Shown here: positions 61,800-64,000 of the stretch, in pieces
Position numbering within the stretch: position 1 is the stretch's first letter
Layout of the letters: each line of letters opens with the position of its first letter
Source: an uncultured Candidatus Entotheonella sp.
GTDB taxonomy: Bacteria; Tectomicrobia; Entotheonellia; Entotheonellales; Entotheonellaceae
Assembly (NCBI GenBank): GCA_965215335.1
Contig: CBDCDA010000002.1
Coordinates: forward strand, 512,001-576,000
DNA length: 64,000 bases
Reading direction: 5' to 3'
Made by a program: the position numbers and the translations under genes
Notes under the pieces: model-generated
What the model was told of the DNA's origin: nothing
Seen by the model: only the letters and a program-made list of their open reading frames with translations
Database searches by the model: none

Positions 61800-61837
61800 T
61801 TCCTCTTTCGGATGTCCTTGCCGTCGTGTGCATCGTG

Positions 61838-62260
61838 CTACCCCGCTGTCTCGGCAAAGCGAACCTGGTCACCGTACGTCTCGATGAAAGACTCGAAGCG
61901 GGCGACATTGTCGGGGATGAGGGTCTTGCCTTGGCCCCAATCGTAGAAGCTGGGGAAGTACCAGACGAGGAGCGGCTCACCATGGGCTTCGGCAGTTTTG
62001 AAGAACACCAGATGCGGCGTCTGTCCCTCCGAACGACGCACCGCGGCCGCCTGCAGGGTCTGCCGTCTGAGGTGCAGATGGCTGCGTGCCTCGGGCCTCT
62101 CGGCGTTGGCATGATACACCGTCAGCCACTCCCGATAGGGATGCAGATACATGTCTTGCCCGCGCAGTTCCATGGAGCCGTGCTCATTTTGCAGGATGAA
62201 GGTGCCGCCCATGTCGATCAACCGCTCCAGGAAATCGTGAAGTGTCGTCGTCCTTGCCAT
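61838..62260 (-). CDS. Hypothetical protein, possible ChuX/HutX/HemS-like fold
   Basis: FILQNEHGSMELRG...WLTV...SHLHL...LVFF pattern; GGAGG RBS. Confidence 0.5.
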   Translation of the reverse strand: MARTTTLHDFLERLIDMGGTFILQNEHGSMELRGQDMYLHPYREWLTVYHANAERPEARSHLHLRRQTLQAAAVRRSEGQTPHLVFFKTAEAHGEPLLVWYFPSFYDWGQGKTLIPDNVARFESFIETYGDQVRFAETAG

Positions 62261-62377
62261 GCCACACCCTCCCTGAGGACCACGCTACGACGGGACGTCA
62301 AACAGCCTGGGACCCGTCAGCACGTGGCTCTGCCAGTGCTGCCAACTCAGGAGATCCTCCCCTGGCAACTTGCATTG

Positions 62378-62791
62378 TCAAAAGGTAGCCGCCTGCTCAA
62401 AGAAGGTGACGTCGACCCGCGCCGTTCCCTCTTGCCGGGCCTGCTCGGCCACTTTCTGAACCACCATCTGGCGCACGAAGGGAATGGGAATGCGGCCCAC
62501 ACGATGCACCACGTCCTGGGTGCAAGGAACCGAAGTGCCGGGCAGATACGGGCCGTCCGCCGCCGGCTCGGTGTCATGCTCGCAGGTGTGGGGCACCAAC
62601 TCCTGCAGGCGCAGGGAAACGTAATCCGTCACCCAATGCTGGATACCCTCGGCGACCTTGCCGGTATCAATGCGCTGCTGTTCGAGCTGCTGCGAAAAGC
62701 CGATCAACAATTCCTGAACGCGCGTCAATTGCTCCTGCATGGCGTCCAAACGGCTTCCAAGCCCCTGGGTCTCCGTGCTTTGCATGTTCAT
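62378..62791 (-). CDS. Coiled-coil plus PCP_red-like (BchB C-terminal) domain protein
   Basis: RVGRIPIPFVRQMVVQKVAEQARQEGTARV; AAGGAG RBS. Confidence 0.7.
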   Translation of the reverse strand: MNMQSTETQGLGSRLDAMQEQLTRVQELLIGFSQQLEQQRIDTGKVAEGIQHWVTDYVSLRLQELVPHTCEHDTEPAADGPYLPGTSVPCTQDVVHRVGRIPIPFVRQMVVQKVAEQARQEGTARVDVTFFEQAATF

Positions 62792-62850
62792 TGTCTCCTT
62801 CTGGGGGAAGCTTTGTCTGTGGCACGAAACAATTGGGGGTCGAGCGAAGC

Positions 62851-64000
62851 TCACGACCGCTTGGGACGGAAGCGTGCACCCCACGTCTGGCGAATCTCGG
62901 TCAGCAACTCGGGAGTTATCTCTCCGTGACCATGCGAGCGAGCATAGGCTTCCACACCCTTCACCACCATGCCGCGGGCGAATGAGGGAATCGCCTTGAG
63001 CCGTTCACGGGCCGCCGGCTGCCAAACCAGTTCCTGTTTCACCTCCAGGCCGAACGTTTGCGACGCCGGAAGCTCGATCACCTCCCCGCCGTGTCGCCCT
63101 GGCTGGTAGGCGCAGGCGGGATCTTCGGCCAAATAATCGCCGTAGGTGGCATAGGCGCGGCAGCGGCAGCCGCCGCAGATTTTGCCGAACTCGCAGGCGC
63201 CGCAGCGCCCCCCGAGTTCCGGCTCGCGCAAGTCTTCGAAAACGTTGGACCGATTCCACAGATCGGCGAACGACGTCTGGCGCAGGTTGCCCGCCACGAC
63301 CGGCATATAGGGGCACGGCGTCACGTCGCCGCGCGGCGTGATACGGCAGTAGTATTTGCCGGCCGGGCAAGAGCCGTGCGCGTAATTCCTGAGCAACGGC
63401 GAGCTGGGGTCGAACTCCCAGACGATGCGGCGAAAGTGTGGGGCGCATTTGGCGCGGATAAGGAGCTTGCCGGCCGCGCCGACCGGCATGCTCCATGGTT
63501 CTTCCTGCCTGCTGAAAACCGATGCTGTCTCACTGCCGCCATCTTCGCCAACCCCTTGGGCACGCGCCAGGGACGTCAGGATGGCCTCGTACTGTTCGGC
63601 ACTGATGTCCGTCAGGTTCTCGCCCCGTCCGGTTCGTACCAGAAAGAAGAAATTGAGCACGTTGGCGCCCAGGTCGTTGGCCAGATCGACCATCGCCGGG
63701 ATCTCGTCGACGTTCCAGTCGGTCACCGACATGTGCAACGAAAAGTCCAGGCCCTCGTCCTTTAGCACCCGCGTCGCCCGCACGGCGCCTTCCCAGGACC
63801 CAGCCTGCTGGCGAAAGGCGTCGTGTTTGTCGGCGCGCGTGGAGTCCAGGCTGATCGAAGCGCCGAGAACGCCGCTCCGCCGCATCGACTTGGCTTGCTT
63901 CTCCCGCAACAGCACGCCGTTGGTACCCAGAACGACCGTGAAATCCCGCTCCGCCCCGTAAGCGGCCAAGTCGAAGATGTCTCTGCGCAACAGCGGTTCG
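62851..64000 (-). CDS. Radical SAM/SPASM protein (AhbC/AhbD/NirJ-like) with C-terminal PCP_red-like domain; start beyond the right window edge
   Basis: GTNG, ISLD, KCAPH, CPAG..YC...GDVTPCPY, CGAC...CGGCR.RAY...EDPAC; tail WQPAARERLKAIPSFARGMV. Confidence 0.88.
   Translation of the reverse strand, partial: EPLLRRDIFDLAAYGAERDFTVVLGTNGVLLREKQAKSMRRSGVLGASISLDSTRADKHDAFRQQAGSWEGAVRATRVLKDEGLDFSLHMSVTDWNVDEIPAMVDLANDLGANVLNFFFLVRTGRGENLTDISAEQYEAILTSLARAQGVGEDGGSETASVFSRQEEPWSMPVGAAGKLLIRAKCAPHFRRIVWEFDPSSPLLRNYAHGSCPAGKYYCRITPRGDVTPCPYMPVVAGNLRQTSFADLWNRSNVFEDLREPELGGRCGACEFGKICGGCRCRAYATYGDYLAEDPACAYQPGRHGGEVIELPASQTFGLEVKQELVWQPAARERLKAIPSFARGMVVKGVEAYARSHGHGEITPELLTEIRQTWGARFRPKRS

Overview
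GC-rich bacterial chromosomal window with about 65 genes; the taxon cannot be fixed from sequence alone. Housekeeping blocks include moeA and a MocA-like gene, purE-tsaC, rho-rpmE-prfA-prmC-hisBHF, yacG, cinA, metF, nadE and a dacA-like gene. Many CoA-, acyl- and hydrolase-type catabolic genes lie between them. The strongest candidates for undescribed biology are: (1) a tightly coupled five-gene minus-strand operon (about 23.3-28.7 kb) encoding an unknown protein, a Walker-degenerate DUF2791/BrxD-like paralogue, an intact DUF2791/BrxD-like ATPase, a second unknown protein and a SNF2 helicase, which is a candidate new anti-phage system; (2) an orphan GrdE-like/GrdB-like reductase pair whose GrdB has an in-frame UGA plus SECIS hairpin and a non-canonical UxxGxxS motif, with tRNA-Sec 10 kb downstream and palindromic repeats on both sides; (3) a densely structured intergenic RNA candidate of about 210 nt with a terminator/antiterminator at 17.44-17.65 kb; (4) a radical SAM/SPASM-PCP_red, PCP_red and ChuX-like cluster at the right edge. 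A frameshifted nucleoside phosphorylase and an IS630 remnant are also present. All family calls come from motif recognition by eye; no searches were run.
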